64,000 nucleotides of DNA from Stylophora pistillata (Eukaryota). The position numbers and the translations under genes are program-made. Location: the NCBI RefSeq assembly GCF_002571385.2, contig NW_019217993.1:62307-126306 (forward strand), written 5' to 3'. Shown in pieces: positions 53,101 through 64,000 of this stretch (its first letter is position 1; every line of letters starts with the position of its first letter). Below the pieces are notes generated by a model. That model was not told the DNA's origin. It searched no databases and saw only the letters and a program-made list of their open reading frames with translations.

Positions 53101-56100
53101 TTCGTGTGTTTCTCCACATGTAAGACTTTCTTGAGGTACTTTCGCCCCTTCTTCGTCGTCTAGCGCTCCTCCTTCCACAGTGCTCAGTGTCTCCATGCCC
53201 AGTAGAGTATTTGTCAAGGATGGTCCTAATTTAGACCGCAAAGAATCCAGTCCGTCTTCATAAGATGCTATGACATCAAAAAGAGTTTTTCTATTCTCCA
53301 AGGCAATATTCGGTGCCCTCAGTACCCTCGCGTTTGAGGTTCTCTCGCCCTGTTGGTTTTGCTGTAATACGATTTCTTTATCATCCATTACGTCTGTCAA
53401 ACTTCCTTCTGCTGAAAAGACTGCTTTATCTTTTTGAGGTTGTCTATCGTCATGTTGTTCAGTGATCTCAGATTGGTTCTGATGCATTTCACTATCATTT
53501 GCTTCAATTTCATCGTTCACAAGATCATCAAGGTGACCTTCTTCTTTATCATCTATCAAGGCATGTACAAGATCTGCTCCAAGCCTTTCCTTCAGGACTT
53601 GAAGCATCTCCATGTTTTTCTCCTGAGCGTCAACGATACCCTTCACGTTCTCGTCCATCTCACGTATGTTGTCTGGCTCTGCTATACTAGATTCCACATC
53701 CATTCCTGCTTCCTTATTTTCTTTGACCTCTACTGGTTTTTCAAGATTTCTTTCGTACTGAGCTATGACGTCTTCAAGTGTTTTCCCACTAGCTCTCATT
53801 ATAATCGGTGCATTGAGTGGTTGTTTTATTATTTCTTCTTCCTCGACAGCCAAATCAGATGTGTGTCTATCGGCTGGAGAATCGAAATACGATGACAAAA
53901 TTTTATCTAGTATTGGTGGTAAGTAATTTGGCTCAATACTTGATCTTCCATCTAGTTGCAGTGGAGTTTCTGCATCTGCCAACATATTTTTATTTCCAGT
54001 GAAGAGTTCCTCAGAAATGCTCACATTTGTTTGTATTTTGTGGTCTTTATCTTTTAAAGTCTCGACTTCAGGAGAACCATACCCTGCAGCTTTCCTTTTC
54101 ATCTCTCTTTTCCTTCTCCTTTTTCCTTTCTTTCTTATTTCGCTTTCCGTTTCTTCAATAGGAGTGATGTCGCTATCTGCATCTTTTTGACTACTATACT
54201 CACTCTCTTGAGTAGTCTCTAAGGCCAATGTCTTATTTTCAAGCAGTTCATCCCGTGTGATTTTCCCGTCTTGAACCCCAGGTTGCAGTTCCTGCTCTGT
54301 ACCTTCGATGCTAATAGGCGTCTTTGGCATTTTGCTCATTTGTAGAAGAGCTCGAGAAAGATCTGTGCCCAGGTTCTCCTTCAGCAAGCTGTTTTCACGC
54401 GATAGATTATCTAGCTCTTTTTCATATGCCTTGATCACGTTTTCAAGATCCTCATCATATTTCCTCATGACTGCGGGAGCTGAAATGTTCCAACTGGAAT
54501 TGTGAGGTTTGTCTTCTATATCAAGGATATCACGTAACAGATCTTTTCCAAGCATGTCTCCTATTAACTCATTTGTTTCCTTCTGCTCGCGCAATATGCT
54601 TTCCAAAGTCTCTCCTCGGTTCCGTACCGCGTCAACAACGCCTTCAAATTCTGCCTCTTCACTCGGTGGTCTTTCACTCAACAATGCATCGATTAGTTCC
54701 TCACCAATTATCTCTTTAAGCGTTTCCAAATCGGAATTTAGTTCGCCATTAATATCGCTGAGCTGTTTATTTTCTTCGCTCATATCATTGAGTATGTCAC
54801 TAATTGTTACCCCATTAGCTTCTACTTCGTCAATCACTGCTTGATGTTGATTCTTGCCCTCCGATTCATTTTCTTCAGTATCAAGTGTTACGAGAGAACT
54901 GACTAGATTCTCGCCAATTTTGGAACTCAACAAATCGATCAGATTTTTTAAATTCTCGCTTTGTCTTTGAGCAGCAAGTTTTAAATCCTGCCGTTCTTTT
55001 ATCAGTTCTATTAACGTCTTCTCACCTCTTGCCATATCTGCCAGAATACCGTGAATGTGAAAACGTGGCATGGAGTCCCCATTTTTTCTTACTTTTTCAG
55101 CTAACATACCCACCACACCTGATTCGCGTATTATGTCAGAGATTTGCTCTTTTCGTGCCTCAAGTTCCCTCTTTTGCTGTTTTAAATCGTCCATGACCTC
55201 GTTCATTTCCTCGTCTTCGAATCCTATGTGCAACTTTGTCTTCTCTTTTTGTACATCATCCAACCTAAGTTTTAGTTTGTTCTTTTTCTCGCGAAGTTCC
55301 TCAATACTGGCGGGGTATTCTTGCCCATTTGAATCGCTATCGTAGTTATCGTCGAGTGCTCTATCGATTTCAGCCAAATAATCCCTTAAACTCTCTTTTT
55401 CCACTAGCGACTTTTCAAGGTCAAGAATGTCCATGTGGATGGAATCTTTGCTTTCGTGGACTTCTTGCTTGAGAAGATTTAATTCTTCCTCTACTTCTTG
55501 AAGCTCCTGGTTGCCTTGTTCGATCGCATTCTCTAACACTTCCAACTCTTGGTTTAGTGCCAGCTGTTCTTCGTCCGAGAGCCTCTCTTGTCCACTAATG
55601 TTAACTTGCATCTCCTCTAATGCTGCTTCTACTTCTGCCCTTGCAGTTGTAATCGTTTCCTTCAATAGTTGCATTTTTACATCCAGTTCCCTTCTTTCGC
55701 AATTCAAAATCTTCAATTGTTCTTCTTTGGCGTCTTTTTCCGCTTCTATCTTTCGTATTTTTCTTTCTCTACGATCAATCATATCATTAAGCTTTTTAAG
55801 ATCACTTCCAAGCTTTATTTTTCTTTGATAGCTGTCTTTGTTTGGTCCCGAGCCAGAACACTGTTCCTCAGAGGAAAGTTCTTTTTGCTTCAAAAGATCT
55901 TCAAAAAGTTGTGCTAGTTGAAGGTCTTCTTGTAGCTTAGCCTTTGTGGCAATCAGAGTTGTAACATTTTCAAGGACAGATTTTTGGGGCTCATCTGAAG
56001 GGTCACAATCTTGCAACATGATTTCAAGGCGATTGTCTATTTGAGAAAGGTTCTCTTCCAGTTCTCTGCGCTTTTCTTCAGTTTCCTCATTCAGTTCTTT

Positions 56101-59100
56101 GTTAGCTATGCCCATCTCTTCCTCACATTTTTCATCAGCAATAGGCAAAGGTAGCTCTGTTTCACTTCTTTCATTCTTCTCTTTCTGGATCTCTTGAATG
56201 GATTTTTCTATCAGTGCGTCATCACTGGTCGTACGCCGCGTGGTGTCACTATCTCGGTATTTTGCTAGTTCTTTGGCATCTGCTTGTCTTTCATTCTGCT
56301 TTCTCATTTTAGAAGGTAACTTAATTTTATCCTCTTTAGCATCGTGCTCATCCATCTCCTTAAGTCTGAAATCTATAGGAAACTTTTCTTCAATTGCATT
56401 TTTAAGAGCACGCTCAATCTCAATGAGATCTTGCCCCTTTCGTTTCGCTTCTGTTAGTTTTTCAGCTTCTCTTTTGACAAGGTTTTCCATCAATTGTTGT
56501 TTATGGCACAGTTCCTTTCTCTCCTTAGTGATTGTTGGTGTTGTCTCTGGATTAAGAATCAAACATGCTTCGTTGACGAATGTTTTAATTTCGTCTGAAA
56601 CACTCTTGTTATCGTTTTTGTCGGGATCATCAGCAATGCTTTCTTGTAACCTCTCTACAACGTCCGTAGCACGTTCTGTGTCACTTTTAAACTCTCTCGT
56701 AATTTCGGCTTTCTGTTCAAGAAGAGCAACCAACATCTCAGAGGCCCGTGCCATTTCATTATCTATTGAATCTTGAAATTTATTTATGTCGTCTTCAAGT
56801 TTTACCTTTCGCTCAACAAGCTCTTCAATAAATTCAGATTGTGGTCCTCTCAGAGCACCTGTGTTTAGACTCTGCAATATCTTCTCGTTGGTATCCTTTA
56901 GCTCTAGAAATAGATTTTCTTTACTCGCTATAAGCCCCTTGATGTTGGAGTCTGAGTCTCCATATATTTTTCCATTGTTCTTGAACTGCATTGCATCAAT
57001 GAAATTGTGCTGTTCGTACGAAATATCACTATCTAGAGCATGGATCTTTTCCAACAGACGTTCTCTTTGCGAGAAGAGTAACTCTAGCTGATCAACATCA
57101 GGGTTTTGCTCGTCCACACCACTTGAGTCACCCTTAAGTAATTGGTCCAGCCCAGCTTTCCCTCTTAATAGCTTTTGTTTTTCCTCCAGAGCCTGGATGA
57201 GTTGTATTGGATCGCTGTAGCCCACCTCTCTCAGTTTGCTTTCTTCTTCATTGATTTTTTCTTTCAGGCATTGCAACTCCTTTTCAGCTGCGACCTTATA
57301 TCCTTGAGTCATGCCCACTTTCTCAGCTGAGGTGATATCATCAGTAAGTTCACGTTTAAGCTCATATGGTAGGTCAATTTTACTCATTCCAAGGTCCAGT
57401 TCTTCAGTTCTCCTCTCGATTTCTGCTTCCTTTTCTCTAATACCTTCTGCTTCATCGAAAAGTCGTTGTTTATCTACAAAGAGGGGCTCAGAGTCTATAT
57501 CTACAGGGTCGTCGACATGATCCGTCGGATCGTTAGGTACTTTTTTGCTTTCGTTATCTGGTAGCGTACCCATTAAATCAAGAGAGCTCCTGATTCGTGC
57601 CAGTTTTCGTTTGAAGGGCCTTAATCTGTTGATTCTCTTTTCTAGCATTCTGCCGCATCTCTCAATCTCATTTTCTGTCCTCTTTATTTCCTTTTCAAGC
57701 CTTTCTCTCTTATCTTCTGCGTCTGCATTACTTTTAACAACCGACATTATTTCAGTCGGAAACTCATTATTACTCTGTCTTTTAGGATACCCATCGTTCT
57801 TGGTTTTGGGAATTCCTTCTTCTAAAGCTGCGAGCTGAAGTTTCAAATTAATGAAAGATTTCTGATAGTCTTCCTTTTCCTCACCCGACGCCTTCTTTGC
57901 TGCCTCTAGCGCCTTGCTCTTATATTTGTGTTGTTGTGCTTTTTCATTGAGATCATCTTTTAAAACATCCATCTTGCACATGAGCCCAGAGATCGTTTTG
58001 TCCTCCTTGCTTCCTAACTCCACCATTGCTTCTTTCTGTTCGTTTAACAGATTACTGATCTCATCAAGTTTTGTACAGACGTCCTCTTTTTCTTTCAGGA
58101 GATGCTCAGTCAATTTTTTATCGTCATTCCTTCTCAAACATTTTTCAATTTCCCCCAGTGAACGCAGCACTTCAATTTCCTCGTTTTCCAGTCGCTTATT
58201 AAGATCTGCAAGCCAATCGCTTCGTGTTGCAGCAAGTTCTCTTATCTGAGCGTCGACTTGCTTCAATTCATCTGTAAGTTGTTCGCTCTCCGTGTACAGA
58301 TCATTTATACTTTCTAATAGATCTTTACCTTCTACTTTCTCGTTCTTAAGTTCTGGAATTTCTTCGACAAATTCTTTTCCCACTAATTCACAAAGTAAAT
58401 TGAATTTATCCTGTAGCATTTTGTTATTAGTATTCAGCTGCCTTATGAGATCTTGGTCATCAACTGGAGATTTGCTCTGTGGTAATTCGGACTCATCGTC
58501 TTCGGTGATGACTGCCAAACGGGATTCTGCTCCGCAGGAATCAGTAAGATTGTCATCTCCCGGAAAATCAAATGTGTTTTCGTTACTGGGTTTCTGCGAG
58601 TTTTTGTCTTCCTTATTTCTTTCTAAGTTCTCACCTTCTTCAAGTGACCCACAAGAGGGCTGAGTTGTTGGGTTTGATTCTTCGGGCCTAAGTAGTTTTG
58701 GATCAGATACTAGCACTCGTATGGACGCGGTAGAGTTATCGGGACTTTCATCTAAAGAAATTCCTTCCTCAGCTTCTTTACTTTCCATTTCACGGCCAGT
58801 AGTAACCGAGTCGTTTTCTGCGATAGTTTGGCATGCTGCATCTCTCCTGTAAATATAAGGTTTCTCCTCCCCTGTCAGAACTTTAGTATCGGTTCCATCT
58901 TCTTCAGAACTGCCTCTTCTTTCTTTATAGTTTTCTCCCTCTGTTGTTCCCTCATCTCTCATTTCACTGGGATAATCTTTTTCATGCCGGTCTCTTTTTG
59001 AATCCCCATCCATTAGAGACGACCCATTTTCATTTTCTGTCTGATCATCTCCCGCATTTTCTTCTTTATTATCATTGTAATGCTCTGAAATCGGGATACT

Positions 59101-62100
59101 GTCTTCATCGAAAGCTTGTGCTTTGGATTGTTGGTCATCTTTATCTTGGTTTTTTATTTCGCGGTACGTTTCCCAGCCATGGCCATCAAGTCTCTCCTCG
59201 TTCTTTTGAAGAGATTTATTGTTTCCTAATTCTTCTTCCCCACCCACCGAGTTTTCTGTTTTGAGTTTTTACTCTTTTTCTTGATCTTCATTTTCATCTT
59301 TATTCCCTCGGAACGCCTCCTCTTTTTTTGTTCCCTCATTGCGTTGAGGCTTTCCTATAGACCCGTCATCCGGACGTTTAGCTGGTAAACCTGAACCAGT
59401 GTAGACTTCATCTATTCCTCCTGCCAAAGTATCTTCTTTTCCTTGTTCTCCGACAATTTTCTTATCATTGAGATTATTCCCCAGCCCTGGATCGAGGCCA
59501 ATTCGGTCACTGGCGTTGTTCGAAGTCTTTCCATCCTCAAGAAAGATTGGTTTAGGCTGAGGTCCAATTCCCTCGCCAGAGTCGTCCTTTTGGATATCGT
59601 TGTTTTGAAGATGATCCTCACGCTTGTTCTCGTCACCCTGATTAATCTTCTCCTGAGGAATCCCCGTGGCTAGTTTTTCGTCTTCAAAGCCATTGACCAG
59701 CTGTTTTTCTCTTTCGTCAGGTTTTTCACCCGGAGTGTTTCTCTTGTCATCGAGCTTTCTTTTGGTGTCTTCTTGTTCCTCCTCTTTCAAATCTCTCTGG
59801 GAGAGCTCTGATGTCTCATTATCGCCCCTACTGGTTAAAGAGCCATCGACTCTCTTCTCAGTTTCTAAGGAGCGCTCACCTTCAGTACCTTGCTCAGACA
59901 AATTATCATGATCAGCACTTGGTATGTCATTTATATCAAATGTCTGGGTGTCAATGTTCCGTTTGGTTACTAGGATTTGTTTAGTAGGATTACCAAACTG
60001 CGTCTTGTCGACTAATTGTTTGATGCCATTCAGCATCTCATTCTCTAGATCGTTTCGTTTATTGCGTAGCGAGTCTTTAGCTTTAGCTAATTTTCTCATG
60101 ACTTTCTTTAAACTGTCTCTGTATTCTCCATAGTACACTCTGCTCAGATTGAATCTCTCGAGATTAAAGGCAAAATATAACTCAGATTTCTTTATATTTA
60201 ATGCATCATCCTCCGTTGACTCAGGACCAGAATATGCTCCTTCGTCGCTTTCACCGATTGGAGTTGTCGGACCAGAATCCTCGGATTCTAAATCTGAGCT
60301 CGCACCAGAAGTGGATTCAGAATCGTAAAGAGAATCTTCGTCGTTGAGAACCAGTTCGATAAGGTTCTCCAGGGCAGCCCTTAATTCTTCTCTGTTGCAA
60401 ATCTCATCATCGGATACCAAAAGTCGTTTACAGTTTCTGACGTTCGCTTTTCCTATGGGTGATGTTACCACCAAACGCGGGGGGTCTTCACTAAGAAATC
60501 TTTGTCGGTTGTTTTGCTTTTCTTCTCCTTCTGAGATGGATTGAGTGCTGGATAACACTTCTTTCAATAAATCAATGGCGTTATTGAGATTGGCAACGGC
60601 TGTTTCATGTTCTTTTTGCCTTTTGTTCTGTAAATCAGCTAGTTCTTTCTTCAGTGGAATTGTAAGGTCCAGGTTTTCTTTCTCTCTCTCAAGTCGATCT
60701 TGGTCTTTCCGTCGTTTTTTAGCTTTATTCCTCTCAGGAGCGCTTCTTTTCTGCGCATCAAGGAGTTTCCTCAGTGTATCATTTTTGTCCTGCAACAATC
60801 TTAGCTCCATCTCACTCTTTTCCGACAGTAAAGTTTGTAAGTCTGCAATGTCTTTTTCGTATTTCAGGATAATTTCCATTTTGTCAAGATCATGATCCTT
60901 TTTCATTTTGTCTGTCTTGCAGTTAAGAGCACTCTCTAGTTCATCCTTCATTTCCAAGTAGTAAAGTCTGCCTAAGCAGAATCGTTCTAGATTGAAAGCT
61001 TCCTCCAAATTAGACTTCTGCCTCAGAAGATTTTCAATAATTTCTCCTTCAGTGCTCATCACAAATTCCTTATGTTGTGTTTGTAGTTTTTCCATTAGTT
61101 CCGACTTTTCACTTTTGAAATGCCTTTCCAGTTCTTCGATTGATCGTTTCATTTCTTTTTTCTCTTGCCTCACCTCTTCCGCAGTGTTTGAGGAAGAGTG
61201 TGTACTGTTCTCACTATTGGGTCTTTTCATGCTCCCATAACCGCCTTTGTCTTGCCTGAACTGAAGGTCATCTGTTGTTCTTCCTTTGTCTTCGGTGACC
61301 TTAAACGTTACACAATCCAAGGTTCTAGCTCTATTTTGGTCGTTTTCTTGAAGATATTTCAGTGCTAGCTGTGTCTCTTGAACTCTTTTTGTCTTCTCAT
61401 CTGCCAGCTCCTTCAGTAGCTCGTTGAGTTCTTCCTGGTGTCTTTCTATTAGATGTAGTTTTTCAACTTCATGTGATAAGTGTGCATTATTCAACACTGC
61501 TTTGATCTTTTCTTTAACCTGGTCATTACTAGCATTGTCATTTTCTCCACCTGTTCCTTCATCGGTCAGATGCTCATCCAGAGCTAGAAGCCGATCGAAG
61601 GGGGAAACTACTGTCTGTGACCTGATGTGGGTCACATCATCGCATTCAACTTTGTCATCGCAAAGCTTGTCCAGCTCCAAGATGGCCTGATTGATTGCTT
61701 CCTTTAGTCGCTTATTGGATGTGCCGAGATGTTCCAAGGTATCCTCGTTTTCCTTATCAGTTAGACATTCTTTCAATCTTTCTTGAATTTTCCGAATACC
61801 TTTGCTTACATCTTTTTGTTGGACCCGCTGCGGTCGCGTCTCCTCTTTCCTTTCTGTCTTTTCAAAAAACGCTCCATCATTTTCCTTCCCCACTAATTGG
61901 CCTTCTTCTTCTTCTTGATTTTCTCCTACTGGGATTTTGTTTTCTACTGTTTTAGGCTCATTGCTCCCCATTGCGTAGCTGCATGCGATATCACCTGCGT
62001 CGTCCTCAACGAAGTCCTTTTCCAGAACGTTCTCACTGGTGGCAATGATAAAGTGTTCTGGTGTTTTTTGGATTTCTTCCAACCTTCCCTTAAGAATTTC

Positions 62101-63729
62101 GATTTCCCTTTGCAAATTTACCTTTTCATTTTCACTGTTTTTCCTCAGTTCATCTTTTTCCTTGGCAAACTCTTCCATTTTTGCAACAAGTTCCTGATGA
62201 TGTAATGCTTTAGTTTCCTTCATGTTTTTCTCCAATACTTGCAGATCATTTTGCATATTTTGTTCCAGGTTTTGACATTGATTATTTTCCTTGTAAAATT
62301 TTTCCTCCATTCTATTCTTCTCGCTAGCAAACTCCTCCATCTCACCGGCCAAATCTTCCAGTTTCTGCTTGGATACTTCCAGTTCTTTTCTCTGTTCCTC
62401 TACAATTTTCTTGAGTCCATCAAGTTCCCCCTCGTAGATGTTTCGCATGTCGTCTTCCTTCTGTTGAATTTCCAATTCCTTCTCATTTATCATCTCTTCA
62501 TATCGTTGTTCTAAGTCATTTCGTTCAAATTCAAAATTCTTTAACAAATTGAACTGCTCTTTTCTGAATTCTGCCTCCAAACTCTCTTTCTCATTTTCAA
62601 ACTGCTTTTTAAGGTTCTCGATTTCTTTGCGTTGTTTGTTTTCTAATTCTTTGATAGGTTGCTGGCCCCTCTTAATTGCCTCTATCCTCTGCTTGTGTTG
62701 TCCATCCATCTCAGTTAGCGCTTCATCGTGGTCTTGTTTCAGTTTGGCAATTTCGTCGATGAGAGCGACTTCCACGTCCTCTTTGGTCGGACGATCTAGC
62801 TGAGTAAGCAAAGATAGTTCACGACTATAAACCTGAGCTAAACTAAACCTTTCGATTTGCAATGCATTCAGCAATTCTCTTTTCTCTCTCTCTAGCTCAT
62901 CAATAGCTTCTTCTTTTTCAAGAAGCTTCTCTTTACAGCCGATTTCTAAACTCTCCTGTAGCTCTTTTATCTCGCGCTCAAATTGTTGAATCATTCTTGT
63001 CTTTTCAAGCTCAAATTTCTCGGAAAGCAACCTTTCAGTAACCTCTAGCTTAAACTGTAATTCCTTTCGGTGATCTTCTTGGATTCTTTGCCTCTCCTCC
63101 TGAAAGTAACTATTCGTTCGTTCGGTCTGATTCGTAAAAACTTGCACAAGTTCTGCCTTTTCTCGGTCAGATTTCCTCTCTAGTTCTAATTTTTCACCAT
63201 CGAATTCTTCCTTGGCTCGTTTCAACTCAGTTTCATGTTCTGTTCGTTTAATGTAAACATCGCAGTCTGGCGAGGTCCGAGGTAAGCTGTCTCCGTTCTT
63301 CTGCATACGCAACAAATCTCTTCGCAGCATTTTTATTTCTTCGTTTTTATCTGCGATGACATCTTCGAATTCGCGTCTCATTTTTGATTTCTCTTCCTTG
63401 AACTTTTTATCAAGTTTCCTTTCTTTTAAATGATACTCGTTGGCGTGTTTGGCTTTCAAACTTTCCTGCTCACATTCAAATTCGTTTATCTTTTCCACCT
63501 GCTGTGAATGAAATCCTTGCAACAGGTCTTTCTTTTCCAATTCAAACTCATTTCGCATGCTTTCTTTTTCCTGCTCAAACTTTTCAATAAGCTGATTCAC
63601 TTCTTCTTGATGCATCATTTCGATAAATTCTTTTTCCTTGAGAAAACCGCAAACGATGTCATTTTTCTCCGAGGCATATTTCTTGGCAAGAGCGTCGGCA
63701 GTCTCATTTGGCGCTTCGAACTCTTCCAT
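41183..63729 (-). CDS. Giant coiled-coil/helical-repeat protein A, about 7,000 aa if the internal TAA at 59269-59271 is not functional; 5' end uncertain
   Basis: ORFs 59269-63729 and 43033-59247 are in the same frame, separated by one TAA. Donor ACC|GTGAGT at 43063; then exons 42643-42807, 42271-42312 and 41183-41383 (ends TAA), all phase 0 with AG/GT ends. Confidence 0.75.
41660..42125. repeat. Intronic interspersed repeat(s)
   Basis: GCTCGCGCGCGATTGGTC...CCGAATATT...AAACTGGGGAA and GCCAATCAGCGTGCG motifs, typical (from memory) of coral repeats. Confidence 0.35.
45800..55100 (-). repeat. Dispersed protein repeat in gene A, about 26-29 copies of L[KRN]A[PL]x[IV]MxxxxxTLE[DN][VI][IL]xxYEKEL, usually paired with a [IVL]GxxLxxxL motif
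   Basis: Counted by eye in the 5404-aa translation, e.g. LNAPIIMRASGKTLEDVIAQYERNLE, LKAPEIVRSEGKTLENIINRYEKELT, LKAPFIMQKEGKSLENILRKYERELE. Confidence 0.85.
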
Positions 63730-64000
63730 CTTTTGGCAAGCAAATAATTTTTCAAGACGATTTTAGATCATCGCGTAACATTGTTTTCCATAAGGTCTCT
63801 CCTCTAACTCGTCATTTGTTGGTGGGAAGACATGTCAGGTGATAAAACAGCGGCCGACTAAGCAAAAGTCTGTTAAACTTTAGTTTTTTGTAGTAACGCG
63901 CAAACGGCATATAAATGCGATGCGTATTTCGTTTAATAATTGATTACCCCACAAGCACAGCAGGTAAATAAAACTCGCAAAATGTTTTCTAAGTCTAAGG

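Noticed and set aside
19523-63729. Naming the giant proteins as myosin, golgin, trichohyalin, CENP-E or ninein
   Set aside because: No motor, GRIP, EF-hand or other diagnostic domain is visible; such similarity would be compositional only
43107-63747. Numerous Ser/Phe/Leu-rich + strand ORFs (also in 20259-25115 and 31170-35754)
   Set aside because: Antisense shadows expected from E/K-rich coding sequence on the minus strand

Overview
Eukaryotic, intron-containing, AT-rich genomic DNA. The interspersed repeats resemble, from memory, those of anthozoans and most likely a stony coral; this is inference and was not database-checked. Contents from left to right: (1) a small + strand orphan coiled-coil gene of about 190 aa; (2) a complete 11-exon - strand complement factor B/C2-like gene (signal peptide, 2xEGF, 3xCCP, vWA, trypsin-like protease; 797 aa by manual splicing) whose protease domain keeps a canonical-looking zymogen site (R|FVGG) and Asp189; (3) about 45 kb holding three tandem - strand genes for giant acidic coiled-coil proteins (A about 7,000 aa, B about 2,670 aa, C about 2,140 aa). 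Each of the three has one huge exon (20.7, 7.3 and 6.2 kb) followed by short phase-0 exons, and the first short exon is recognisably homologous in all three. Each paralog has a different internal repeat: about 26-29 copies of an unnamed helical motif in A, a 51-aa Met/Gln/Glu repeat in B, and a 91-aa coiled-coil repeat in C. The 20.7-kb exon of A is interrupted by a single in-frame TAA. Introns and intergenic DNA contain MITE-like repeats and two tRNA-derived SINE copies that share a body but differ in their 3' tails. All splice models were derived by eye from GT/AG sites and phase consistency.
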